A stretch of 64,000 nucleotides of DNA from the human T2T-CHM13v2.0 reference genome, Homo sapiens. The notes beneath the pieces were generated by a model. That model was not told where the DNA came from. It searched no databases and saw only the letters and a list, made by a program, of their open reading frames with translations. The position numbers and the translations under genes are program-made. The stretch lies in NCBI RefSeq assembly GCF_009914755.1, contig NC_060935.1; one strand, given 5' to 3'. Positions 50,025-63,466 of the stretch are shown here, in pieces (the stretch's first letter is position 1; each line of letters starts with the position of its first letter).

Positions 50025-53000
50025 AGAAGGCTATTGTGAGCATCAACTACAGAGTACATAAAAACTTTAAAAGTCATAAATGCTTTCCAAATGGTGGGCT
50101 GTCTTCTCTTCATCTCTTTACCTTGCATGTGTTCCAGCTTATCTCATGTTCTTTCTTTCTCCCATGTCTCTTTCATTGTTGTTAATAAATTAGTTCAATG
50201 AATAATTATTTAGAGTCTATTATATACTATTCACTCAGCTGGATGTTTTTATGTATTTGTTTACACATTCTCTCACGCACATATCTACACACACACATAC
50301 ACGCACACACACTTCTTGTTCTTCAAAGAGCTTACTCTGAACACTTAAGGCTATAACAACACTCATATTTTTAAGTAAAATATAAAAGTAGTTACAAAAT
50401 ATATAAGATTTTGCATACCTACATTTGTGTTTATATAGGTGTGTTGTGTGAAAGAGAAGATAGAGAAAAGTGTGACTATATACATAGAAACAAACATTGG
50501 AAAATATACCTCAAAATGTTAGTACATTTCTCTCTGAATAATTTCCTTTGTCTTTTTTCATATTTTTCTGTATTTTTCAAATTGCCTGCTATAAATACAC
50601 TTTATGAATAGAAAAATAACTGAGAACATTTTAATAAAAATATGAAATAGCAAATACTATAAAGGAATTACATGTAGGACATTATGGGTCTATGTAAAAA
50701 AATTTTTTTTTCAGAATTAAATGATGCCAGAGTAAAGATGAATAGAAATTTTGCAGGAAAGAACCTACAGAATGCCATTCTAGGAGGAGGACCCAGGAGA
50801 AGTAGAGGCTCAGCATGGAGTGGACAAGAAACACTATCATGTGTATATAGTTCCTGTCACCTGAAGCGCAGCTTGGGGTAGAGCAGGAGAAAACTCCCGA
50901 GGAAATCGGGAATATCATGCTAGGCATCTTAAATTCTGTCCTACAGATGCTAAGACATTTAATCAGGGGATTCACTAACAGTCATACTTGCATTTTTGGT
51001 AGATTACAGCGGTAGTAGTGTGACATATGGGGAAAGAAGAGGTTAGAGGCAGGTGAGAAGCACGGAGACTCCTCAGGAAACCAGTTTCAGGTAAAAAAAA
51101 AAAAAAAGATGATGAAGGCCTGAACTAAGACAATATATTGGGAATGGAGAAAAATATTTTACAGATGATTAGGAAATATTTAAGGCTTAATTCCTATGCT
51201 GCTTAGGTCATACTGTGTGGCTAAATTAGTAACACCAAAACTCACATAAAAGAATACTTGTATGCGTACATATCGTGCCTGCGTAATTTTCCCACTGGAA
51301 GAAGAGTCTCAAAGGGGATGGGAAGGCCAAGAACTGACAATGAAGATTTCACAATCTGTCTTTGGACTAACTTCTGCAAGCCCAGACGAGGCATTTGGGA
51401 TGAGAAATTGCTGCCCTCTGTCTCAGAACCAGGCTGTGGAGAGACGAGAAAGAGCAATGAGTTGGGGACAGGATTCCAGAGAAAGACCTGCAGGACTTGA
51501 TGGCAGATAAGAACAGATGAGCAAATGTGGAGTCATGTGATGGTCACAGAACAGGCTGTGCAGAAACACAATTTTGGAAGAAAGAGAGGGAGTACTTTTG
51601 AGTCATTTTTAGTTTCTGCGGCAGCAGGATTTCCAACTGGTATAAAGATAGTCAGGAATGAACAGAAACAGTGAAGGGCCTGAGTGTGTCATGAGAACAG
51701 GATATCAGGACTGGTTTGCTGTCAGCCGGAAACAACTTGGCTGTCCCTGCTGAGGAGGGACCCAGGGCATAGGGGGGAGTGAATTTTGCAACTCTTTCCA
51801 GCCCATGTTTCACCATATTCAATATCTGCCTTATGTTTGGGCTAAGTGAGCAAATGTTTTTGTGGTATAATTTTGAGGCTTCCCTTAAACTTCTCTTCTT
51901 GGTCATATAAATAAGAAGAATCTAAAATTCTCCAAGTCAAGAGCAAATCTTCTCCTTCGTTACAGTGAGTGTAGGGATTCAAATTCAAACTGAGCCATAT
52001 GTGATTGATCTCAGCCTTCCTGCTAGCAAGATTTGATAGACATGAAGGAGATGGGATGTCGGTACAGATAAGAGAATCCTAATACAAGATGGAGAGGGAA
52101 AACAGAAAGGAAGTGTTCTGGAGACAGTAAGGCTTTGCAGTAAGTGCAAAGAGCCTGGGTCCAGAAGTCTGAGGCACCTCTGACACTTGCCTCCTGGGGT
52201 GATGCCCAGATAGGATCATAGCATCATTTATTTGAAGAGCTCTCTGAATTATGTTGCTTGGAGAAGTCAAATCTGGACTAGTCTAAGGGGCTAGACTACC
52301 TTAAAAATAAGATTCTTTCCATTTTCATAGTCAGACTCTATGGACAAGGAGGACTTAAAACAACAAATATTTGAAGCTTTTGCAGAAAATTAGAGGAACC
52401 CTACAAAAGTGAGTTTTCCATAATGAGATAACAGAGGATTTAAGCTGAACTAGCATAGAAGACCCTAGGTTAAAGTCACAAGAATATACTATTTTTCAGT
52501 GAGGCCTGTTCTAAGTTTCAAAGGGCCATTCCTGCACTAGTTCATTACTAAAATATATTTGGCATTTGGGAGGGTGTGTTTTTACTCAAAGGACAGTTAT
52601 TTATTAGGTGAAAAGCCCCAAAGCACAGGAAATATGAGATAGCAGTAGGTAGTAGGGATAGGGGGCCAGGGCTGCTCTTGACCCCAAAGTCTTCAGAATG
52701 AGTGCTAGGAAGTAGCCTGTCATGGGCCTCCAGGAACCTGAAAACTGGAGGAACCACTTTTCTGAGAAGTCTTACTCAGCAGACATACCACCCACAGTTT
52801 CCTCTTCGCAGCTTCTCCAACTAAGACAAGAACAGCTGTCTTAATTCTTCCTCTCTCCCCCCATCAGTGAGGCTCAGAAAAGCCAGTAATTTGGCTTTAT
52901 TCTTCAGAGGGCAGCTCTCTCCCAGTGGTAAACACTCTAATACTCTCCAGGGGACTTTTTTTTTTTCTTTTTGTTTATTGACTTTCTAAAAAATATTTCT

Positions 53001-53273
53001 TACCTTTAACAGATTTTTTTAGAGTAGAACAGTTGACAATGAGACAGAATGAGGTTTTCTTTATCATTTTAATGCTGGTTAAGCCTATTGGGATATGCAA
53101 TAAACATTTATGTTATTGTTGTTGCTGTTGTTGTTAATAATTTGTTTGGGTTACACTTCTATCAGCTAGTTTTTTTGTTTGTAGTGGCTGAAATTGTCCT
53201 GGGTTAGGGGATGTGGGTGGAGTAGAAAAGTCAAAAAGGTGGGATAGGATTTCTGTATTAATTACTAGGTAAA

Positions 53274-53275
<2 letters not shown>

Positions 53276-53307
<32 letters not shown>

Positions 53308-53314
53308 TGTGTGT
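53276..53314. repeat. (TG)n microsatellite
   Basis: Directly visible. Confidence 0.95.
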
Positions 53315-53733
53315 AAGACCTTGACTTAGGAAAGGTAAGTATCTTTCTAATTGTAAAAAACAGAGCAGATAATTTGATGAACAATTTTAAAATTGACTTT
53401 TTCCTTTTTTTTTTTTTTTAACAGACTAGACCAAGCAGTAAAAACTGAATTTTAATTATCTACTGGAAATTCCTCCAGAATAAAGGGTCTGGTTCAGTTT
53501 CTATATTGACTCTATGGGTTCCAGTCTGTGAAATGCCAAGGGTTGGACTGACTAGAAGTCTCCAGATTACCTCTCTCTTCTTTCCACCCCTACTGCTTCT
53601 TGCCTACCATATGCCATAGTGCCGGCCGGCAAAATGTACCTGTTTAATTCTCTAGGTTAGAAAAAATTCCCTAGATTTTTCTCCTTGTCTTTCTATGTCC
53701 AAATGCTACCTACTTTTTAAAACAAAGACAACA

Positions 53734-54059
<326 letters not shown>

Positions 54060-54504
54060 AAAACACAGACAACATACCTCCTTCATCATGAAGCCTCCTT
54101 TAATTCTTACAAACAAACAAAACCTTCCTAAACTTTCAAAGGGCGTTTAAGAATACATACTAGTGTTTCATTAATCTTTAAGGAGAATTTAGTGCATGCT
54201 AGGTTCTGGGTTAAGCATTTTACATTTATTAACATATGTAGGTAGATACAACTTTTACTTCAATTTTGCATTTGAGCAGAAAGGTGCAAAGATGATAAAG
54301 TGACTTGCTCAAGGACATGGGTAAATGGCTGAGCCACTTATTTGCTGTATTAATAGAGATGATGTCCTTCATCCTTTACTGATGTTTTTACCATGTCTTA
54401 TCCATACCTCGTTAAGTCTTTACATTTTACCCATTTATCAGCTAATTTATCTCAAGAACATTCTAGTGATGTGGCTATTACCATTTTCTTCATTTTATCA
54501 ATTT

Positions 54505-54865
54505 TTTCCTCTGTTTTCAGGCTATAACAAAATATAATAAACTGGGTACCTTAGAAGCAACGGAAATTGATTTCTCATCGTTCTAGAAGCTAGGAAGTTC
54601 ACGATCAAGGTAGCAGCAGAGTTGGTGCCTGGTAAGGACCCATTTCCTGGTTCATAGATGATGCCTTTTAGTGGTGACCTCAGATGATGGAAGAAGTGAA
54701 AGAGCTCAATTGGGCCTCTTTTATAAGGGAAAAAATCCCATTCCCTAGGGCTCTACCCTTATGACTTAATCACCTCCAAAATGTCCCACCTCCCAACACC
54801 ATTACATTGGCGACTAAGTTTCAACCTGTGAATTTGGAGAGGACACAAATATTCAGACCATAGCA
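54505..54865 (-). mobile_element. MLT1A-type solo LTR
   Basis: gctataacaaaata...tttcaacctgtgaatttgg...attcagaccatagca. Confidence 0.82.
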
Positions 54866-55340
54866 ATCAATGAGTACAGCTTTACCCGTTCATGGGAAAT
54901 ATGTTGCAGAGCAAAAATTGGGCCAGGTAATTTGACTAAGGATTGCATCCTTCCCATGCTTCTGAGCAGCCTTGCCTAGCCTCAGTCAGGGTCAGCATGA
55001 CCATGCTTTTGTAGGCCAGACCTTCTCCTTTACCACAGCCACCTGAAGGTCTAAATTGTGGAGATGGGCAGGGCATGGCCCACACTGGCCCAGGCTTAAT
55101 TGAAAAGCCTGAAAGAGAGTGTGGGCAGTTCCTTCTGAAGTTATACTACTTCCAACAGAATTGGGGGTATCACTTTATTACTGGCCCATCATAGTTGGTC
55201 ATAGAATATTAGGAACCAGGTCAATATAGAGATTATCCAATGGCTTTCACTGGCCCACGTCTTGGTATTGGTTCACAGAATGGTTCCTCCTCTTCTCTGA
55301 GAATGGAAAAAAGGTTCAGTCCCATTTGGCCAATATACAC

Positions 55341-55720
55341 TGTCTTAGCTTGGGGTGTTATAATAAGATGCTACCAACTATATTGTTTAAACAATAAAAA
55401 TTTATTTTTCACAGCTCTGGAGGCTGGAAATCCAACAACAGAGTGCCAGCATGATCAGGTTCTGGAGAGGACCCTCTTCCTGTTTGCAGACTGCTGACTT
55501 CTTATTGTATATTCCAATGGTAGAAAGAGAGCAAGAGAACTCTCTGGAGTCTTTTTTTTATAAGGGTGCTAACCCCATTTAAGGAGGTTTCCCCTCATAA
55601 TCTAATTATCTCTCAAAAGCCATACCTTTCAACACCATTGCATTGAAGGTTAGGATTTCAACATGTGAATTTGTAGTGGGGTGACGGGGAGAGGGACACA
55701 CAAATATTTAGTCCATAATG
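55341..55720 (-). mobile_element. MLT1A-type solo LTR
   Basis: tgtcttagct...cacagctctggaggctgg...ggatttcaacatgtgaattt...atttagtccata. Confidence 0.82.
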
Positions 55721-57356
55721 CATACTAACAAAAACTGGGGTAAAAGGTCACTGAAGTGAATCCTTGCAGTATTAAAGGACACGTTATACTTCATTTATCC
55801 TTTTGGTCCATAAATATTGAGCACACACTATGAGCTAAATTCTAGGTGCATGTTAGAGCATTGGTGGTACCACAATAAAATAGCCTTTTTCCCTATCCTC
55901 AGGGATTTTACAATTTTGTGAAAGAGTTATGCAGATAGGCAGTTAACCTGCAGGTGGTGATTGCTCACAAAGAGAAAAGCAGGGGGCTGTAAAATTAGAG
56001 AAGCTAAGCTCACTTACCCTGTATGGAGTTGGATACAGAATGTTTGCTAGAGGAAGTGGTGCCAAGTAGATTTAGATAAAGAAGAAGGTGGTGATGAGAG
56101 GACGGAAGTGATCGAAGGAATGAAAGGTAGTAGAAAGGAAATAGCACGCGAGAAGCTGTAGGAGAAAGGAGAAAGCGCACTTCCTGGCAAAAGGGATAGC
56201 ACACACATAGGTTAGAGGTAAAAGGGCACAGCAAGGCTGCAGAGGCCTTGGGAGCTCAGCATGATTCGAATGCAGTTGTACAGGAGGACTGGCACACACT
56301 CTGCTTCTTGGAGGTTACAGCAACTGCTACTCTCTGAGGGTTGTGTTACTTATCTATCTACTCATCTAACAACATGTCATAACACACTGAGGGAATTCCT
56401 CCAGACCTTTGAACAAAAATGTTCTAACTTGATTCAAAATAATTTATACTCAACATTCTTAGTATCTTGCTTCAAAAATAAATGGACGAAGAATAGTATT
56501 CTGGCTACAGTTCCGTGTAACAAATTGCCCAACTGTAGTGGCTTAAAATGACAATTATTTTATTATGTTCACATAAGTGTAGGTCAGGGGCTCATAAAGG
56601 GCTAAGGGAGGAAGCTTTGCACACATCTATGGTGTGAGGCTACCTCCTAGACAAGACAAGTAATGGACCACTTGGCTTGTTTAGTGACTGTGTGGTAAAC
56701 AGGGGCATGTGAGAGTTTGCTTAAAGGCAGACTTCCTCCTCTGGTCAGTTTGGTCCAGCCCATTCAATTGTGCCTTGCCTGGCCTTCCAGTTTCTGAATT
56801 CCTACTTAACATCTGAGATGGCTTGACCCTCATTCTGCACGAGAGTTTATAAATGAACTTTTGTGACTGCACCAGACTTCTAATGTCACAATGGCTCCGC
56901 CTGCATACCCTTCTACTCTATGTGGTTTCATTCTTCTTCCCTTCCTGCTCAGAATTAAGTCTGAATTGAAGCTCCAATAGTCTCATAGATATTCTCATAG
57001 ATATAGATATTCTCATAGGTATTCTTATATATCTTGGTTCATTCCTGAGGGTTCTTGAACCTCTCAGTTATTTTTTCTTCTTTCACCCCTGCATAATTTG
57101 AGAAAGCTTATCAAAGCTGGGAATAGGAACCATGTCTCACTGGTTTCTTTTAAAATTTCTATTTAAAAATATTTACTTATTTTTTTGAACAGGTAATATA
57201 TTCACATAGATAAAAATCCTAAGATGAAAATATAAATAAATAGGTTCCCTTCCTCCATACCATGTGCATCATAAATCCCCCCAATTTGTCTAGTACAGGT
57301 TCTCAAAACATTTACTGAATTTTTATAGTCAAGTTCCTCAATACGTACACCTAGTA

Positions 57357-58062
57357 CATTGGTTGGATTTACTATAAAGCTGATGAATCTTAAGCCTCAG
57401 GGCTCATCACCTTCTGGGGCTCCTTCCAGGTCCTCTTCCAGAATCATCATCAACTTGCTTCTATGCCTTTGTAAAATATACAATTGTAATACATTTAAAC
57501 CACATCATTTCCGTCTGTTGCCCCTTTCCACTGCAACCCCTTGGCATACTCTGCCTCCTATAAAGGGGCATTAGAGTAGCCTGTGGCAACTTTAGGATAT
57601 AGAAAAGGGGAAATTGAAATGGGAGTACATTTTATTTGGGTTTAGTGAGAGTTTATGTGCTTTGCAGTCTTTTTGTAAATAGCTAAGTAATTGTTAAGTA
57701 TGGCAATGACTGTCAGTTCTATTCCTAACTGCTCGCCATGAAGTTTACTTAGTATCATAATGTGAACCTGCAGGGCCAGAGTTATTCTGCTATATATAAA
57801 AGTGCCCTATAGCATCTACAATTGGGAGTACGTAATGGAAAAGAAGATAGTAGCTATTAATACGAATATTGTTATTTTTCTGAATTTTGTGATGTTTGTG
57901 GTATCCATCAGCACTTTTATATTTGTAAATTTTTCCCATTTCTTTTCTTCATTTTCTAAACACTTTTCATACAATTTATTTGTTACTTTGCATTCCTTTT
58001 TTCTTAGTGCGGTGTCCAAAATTGTAAGAATCCTTTATCCCACAAAAAATTGATCCTGTCTT
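57357..58062. mobile_element. hAT-Tip100 fossil (MER115-like)
   Basis: ggatttactataaagctgatgaatcttaagcctcagggc ... ccacaaaaaattgatcc termini; about 700 bp. Confidence 0.55.
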
Positions 58063-58270
58063 TTACAGAATTGCCCAGCAGATGTCTTTTTCATTTCCTT
58101 TGCTTGTGGTTTGCCCATCTGTCAGCTGTGAATGACCCAAACAACGTGACACGCTATTTCTAACTCAACAGTCCTGGAACTTTCTTGACCTTTGACAAAG
58201 CCATCAGATCACCATCACCATCATTATTGTTTATAGAAACATGAAAATTCAACCATAAAAAGTCATCTTG

Positions 58271-58648
58271 GGCTGAGCATGGTGGCTCTAACATGTAATC
58301 CCAGCACTTTGGGAGCCTAAGGTGAGAAGATCACTTCAGGCCAGGCATTGAAGTTCAGCCTGGGTAACATAGCCAGATCTCATCTCTACAAAACATAAAA
58401 AACCAGTTAGCTGGACCTGGTGTACATCCCTGTAGTCCTGGCTACTCCAGCAACTGAGGTGGGAGGATCATTTGAGCCTCAGCCTCTGGACCAGCTAGGA
58501 CTACTCCCCAGTAGTGTGAGTGGTGTGAGCTCTGATCACACCACTGCACTCTAGCCTGGGCAGCAAAGCATAACCCCTTCTCCAACCAAAAAAAAAAAAA
58601 AAAAAAAAAAAAAGAATAAAAATAAAAAAGAAAGAAAGAAAGAAAAAA
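58271..58648 (+). mobile_element. AluJ with internal inverted duplication
   Basis: TSD tcatcttgg; non-colinear segment at 58477-58524. Confidence 0.9.
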
Positions 58649-60099
58649 ATCATCTTGGCTATGTCAATGCCAAAGTTCATGAGTTGAGAGATGAAGAAGA
58701 CCAAAAAGAAAATCTTAAAGACATGATAAATTGGGGCAGGAGGGAGGAGATGGCTTCTTTGCTGCATTTTCTCCAAAAAACATTTCTGATTTTATTTCCA
58801 ATTTGCTTAGCAGGTATGCTCACTCTTTCACTAACCTTGAGAGACATTGTCAGATGTGCATAAGGGAAGAACATGAAGGACGACGGATAAACTGTACACA
58901 GACACAGCACATGGAGTCTGAGTCATTTGTTTTCTCTGACAGATCTTTACCATGCTGGATTGGAAGAGAAAAGACCATCACTAAAGCAAATGGATCAAAT
59001 GGAGTTATAAATCAACTCTGTACTCTACAGGATTGACTCAACTGCAGACATCTCCAATACACTCCCTCATGGCTTTATTTTTTCTGCTTATGTGGAAAAA
59101 TAACAGTAAATACAGTTAACTATCCCAAGACAGAAGAGTATTATTAAAAAAGAATACAACGTTATTGATTTTTCAAGACATAATCAGATATTTTTAAACT
59201 CTGATTTAATAAAACATAATGTAATTTCTTTTGTGGGATTTTTTATGCTTTCCCAATGTTTATTACCCTGTGTGTTTCACACTTCAAAATGAGAGTATCG
59301 TAATAAGATCACTTGAGAGGATCCTGATCTAAGTTACAAAATCCCCATGGCCTTTATATCCACATTGTCACATTCCCCCAGTCATCTCTTTCTACTTTAT
59401 TGTATCTATTACACTTTACACTTATTTATGTTTTTCTATTTACTTTATATATACAATATCATGGGGTACATAGTGTAAGAGGAAGGATGGCACTAGCAAG
59501 TATTCCTAAGTTGGTTTAGGGAATGGGAATAAGGGTAGGAAGTTAGGAAAGCTTCTTAGAAAGTTATTGAAGCTTTTTAAAGTAGTACTATGGCTGTTTT
59601 GTTCTCCATTCTCTACCTAGCACATAAGGGTTCTTGACATTTGGGAGTTATTGTGATATAAGGAACGGATATATGAGTAGATAAAAAATTATTTTCCAGG
59701 TAGACAACAGCTTGTTCAAAGAAGAAGGAATGACAGAGATCTGTATTTATTATTCATTGAAGGCCTACAATATGCTAAAAATGCTATATGGATATGGTTA
59801 AAGATAAATTTGAGTAGTGGCCACATTAGTAAACACATCCCCATCAGATCTGACAGCTTCACAGTTTTCAGCAATATTCAAAAAGAATATTACTTGGAAG
59901 GAGCCAGGCAGTTGGCGATGTAATTGGGCTACAGCTGAAACCCTCAAACCTCTAAATTGCAATTTGTATCAGGACATAAGTTCCCTTTGCTATTTAAGTC
60001 AGTTTGAGGTGGGTTTCTTTTATTTGCAACTGAAGCAACTGTGCTTTATGTCAGATAAGATAAAGATTAAAAAGGAGAAAAAGTGACATGTTCTCACAG

Positions 60100-60360
60100 A
60101 GCTGTTCTAAATGTGGTCTGAAGAACAACAGCAATAGCAGTACTGCCTTGGAACTGGATAGAAAAGAAAATTCTTGGGCCCCATCTGAGACCTGCTGAAT
60201 CTCTGCGGGGGCAAGCTAGGCCTCTTCATTTAACAAGCCTTCCAGGTGATTTTTATGCAGGCTGAAATTTGAGACCTGCAGTCATGTGAGTTCCATAATC
60301 TGCATTTCTAATAAGCTGCAGGTACTCCTGGAAGGCAGGCCACCTTTTAAGTAACACTGT
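60100..60360. mobile_element. MER5A/MER5B fragments
   Basis: ttcttgggccccatctgagacctgctgaatc...ttaacaagccttccaggtgatt. Confidence 0.7.
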
Positions 60361-60476
60361 TGTAAAATATTCTGTTTATTGAGTGGGCTCAGGCGAGGGC
60401 TTCAGAACTTCAAGGGATGTATACTGCTTTCCTCACCAGAGGTAAGTCCCAAATAACTGTGAACACATTCAGGCTA

Positions 60477-60902
<426 letters not shown>

Positions 60903-61445
60903 TTAATGATGATGAACAAACAAAAAGTGAAAATATTCTGAGTAATTAAAAGATAACTCAGTACAGCTTGCAGCAGCAGAAATGTGTAACCGTTCTCTTT
61001 AGAGTAGTACCACTGGATGACTTAGTTACAAAGATCTTGTACTCTTGTGTGTCTTCACTTAAGTGTGTCATTCCCAGCAGGAAAAGATCCGCTTAGCATT
61101 GGGCCCTGCTATCACCCATGTGTTTAGGGTTTTTGGGAGTTCATGATTGCCTGGCTTATAGTAATCACATGCAGCAGCTGAGATGCTGTTCCGATAAAGA
61201 GTTGCTGGAGATACAAAAACACAGATGTTCACGATAATGCCTCTAATACAGAAAAAATAAGAAAAAGAAAGTAATATATGGAATAGAAAGTTACATAAGA
61301 AAGCCAAAAGCTGAGGGATCAGAATGAATTTTGAAAAGTTATGACACTGATCTAACATGATGCATATATTTAATAAGAATACAAATAGTTAGCATATGGT
61401 AGTTACTGTGTATTCATGGTAGGTATGATGCTTGTTTCATATACA

Positions 61446-61663
61446 GCAGGGTTTCTCAATCCGGGCACTATTTACATTTATTTCCTGTTTTTTAGTGGGG
61501 TGGGGTGGTGTCTTGTACATTGTACTATGTACTGCAACGTCCTTGGTCTCTACTCACGAGATGTCAGTAGCTCCCCCATTCTTCACTCATGACAAACATA
61601 AATGTCTCCAAACTTTGCCAAATGTCCCCTGGTGTCAAAATTGCACTTGGTTTAGAACCACTG
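61446..61663 (+). mobile_element. MER20
   Basis: ggtttctcaatccgggcactatt...aatgtctccaaactttgccaaatgtcccct...tttagaaccactg. Confidence 0.85.
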
Positions 61664-62662
61664 ATTGAGATAAATTAGATCTTGGGAAACACATGCTCCA
61701 GTAAGAATAATTTTCAAATAATTTTAGGTAAAGTAAGTCTTGCCTTTGAAGGTAGGAGGCAGGTACCCATTATCAGTGATTAGTAACTTTCTACTGATTC
61801 ATTTAGATGCAAATGAATGTAAACATCTTTATCCTTCAGGAGATGTCCTATTTTTCCAAAGCATGTATTGTATAGGGGAAGGATAAGTTTTGGCAAAAGA
61901 GCTAACCATTTCTTGCTCTTTCTGACTTGGTGGCATTTGAAAATATAATACTTTCTGAGGTTTGGGTAGAAAGTTGAAGGAAGTAAGGACACTACAGATC
62001 CCAGGTGGTATGTTCAACATTTCCTCCTATCCAGAAGACTTTAAAAGAGAAAAATGATCGTGGAGTTGAACATTTGGCTCCACAGATGGTATTGGCAATC
62101 ATCTGAATTTCTGGACAATGGCCTAAGATATTGGAATGATGAAACTTGGATAATGTAGCTCATCTCACTGAAGTGGGGGACACTTGCTTGTCTGGAATAG
62201 CTCTTCTCAATATGTGGTCTGCAGAATACCAATTCTTGGGCCTTATCACCAACTTACTGAGCTCAGCAGGAAAAAGGGGTTGGAAGACACTGAGTTAGCT
62301 TCTGTAAATTAGCTTTACAGGTGCTCCTTATGCATTGAGTTTTGAGAATATATGGCCTACTAGATAGCTTTTTTGTCAATTAACAGCACTGAACTATGGA
62401 GAAGGTGAGAGAAAATGCTTTAAGATACAGAGTAAAGACAGAAAAACACCAAGTATTTTATAACTCTAAAAAAAGAAAATAATAAAGAAGACCAGAAGGG
62501 GTATATGTTCATATTCATATGTGAAGTTGAGATTAGCACATCAGGCAATCAATACAAATATATTAAAATTACTGAGACTTTCTGGGTTGAAGCTCAAACT
62601 TGGAAAATCGTGGCTTAAGGGTAAGCTCTTTCCAAAAACAGTACATTTTTGTAGTGTGGGAG

Positions 62663-63278
62663 TGTCAGATCCCAGGGTCCAGGTCCAGCCCATGCTGTGG
62701 TCCGAGGGGAGTGAGTGGATGGGCAGAAAGAACACGTGGGGGGCTGGGGGTGGGGTGGCAGCGGGAGGGTGTAGGCAGGTGAATATGGTTTTATTCAGCA
62801 GCCGCTCTCATCAACAACTTACTTACACTAGCTCTTTACACTGTGCACCTTTATCTTGGCCATCTACTCCGGCTCTGTGGCTCCTGCTGTCCCCATGCCT
62901 GCAGCTGTGTGGCTGGCTGTCCCTTGCCTTCAGGGTCAGCCGCTTAACTCTTTCCCTCCCTGGGCACCAGTGCGGGCCATGCTGTGGCTCTCCTTTGTCT
63001 GCAAGATGGACAGCTTTGGCTCTCTCTCTTTCTCTGGACACCAGAGCTTGCACAAGAGCCATGCTGAGCCAATCTGAGCCCCAAGAGCCCCTGTACAGTG
63101 TTAGCAGTGCAATTATACCTTTTACAGACAATAGTGGTTCAGAGCCAAGTATGAACTTATACAAACAGGTTATATAACAAAGAGAGGTGTGCACCTGTGC
63201 GCCAAACTATCTGAGTCATGAAGGCCTGGATATCTGCCTTGGCCTATCCTTGACCAAAGCACATCTATGTACCTTACA
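62663..63278 (-). mobile_element. LTR18 (HERV-S/HERVL18) 3' LTR, 616 bp
   Basis: Minus strand reads TGTAAGGTACATAGATGTGCTTTGGTCAAGG...TCTGACA; AATAAA at 62790-62795; preceded by polypurine tract AGGGGGTGGAG (63279-63289). Confidence 0.85.
63169..63218 (-). promoter_or_regulatory. AP-1 site (TGACTCA, 63212-63218) and C/EBP/PAR-bZIP-like palindrome (GTTATATAAC, 63169-63178) in the LTR U3
   Basis: Motifs directly visible; activity not shown. Confidence 0.5.
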
Positions 63279-63311
63279 CTCCACCCCCTAGGCCGAGAGA
63301 GACATTGGTTT

Positions 63312-63466
63312 TGGACACACAGGTTATGCATATAAGCTTTGCACACACAGGCCCAGTACATACGTATAGGCTTGACACATAAGCCTGACACATAAGCTTT
63401 GGGCACACAGGCCTGATACATACATAAGCTTCTGGGCATGCAGGCCCATTACATATACAAGCTTTG
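63312..63466. repeat. Degenerate minisatellite (cacacaggcc...cataagcttt units) inside the ERV
   Basis: About 4 imperfect units of roughly 30-45 bp. Confidence 0.75.

Noticed and set aside
54505-55720. Two same-strand MLT1A LTRs about 475 bp apart as one provirus
   Set aside because: LTRs are quite divergent from each other, the spacer does not look like MLT-int and no shared TSD was seen; treated as two solo LTRs
56981-57031. Short (tctcatagatat)-like 12-bp repeats
   Set aside because: Ordinary slippage repeat with about 4 degenerate units
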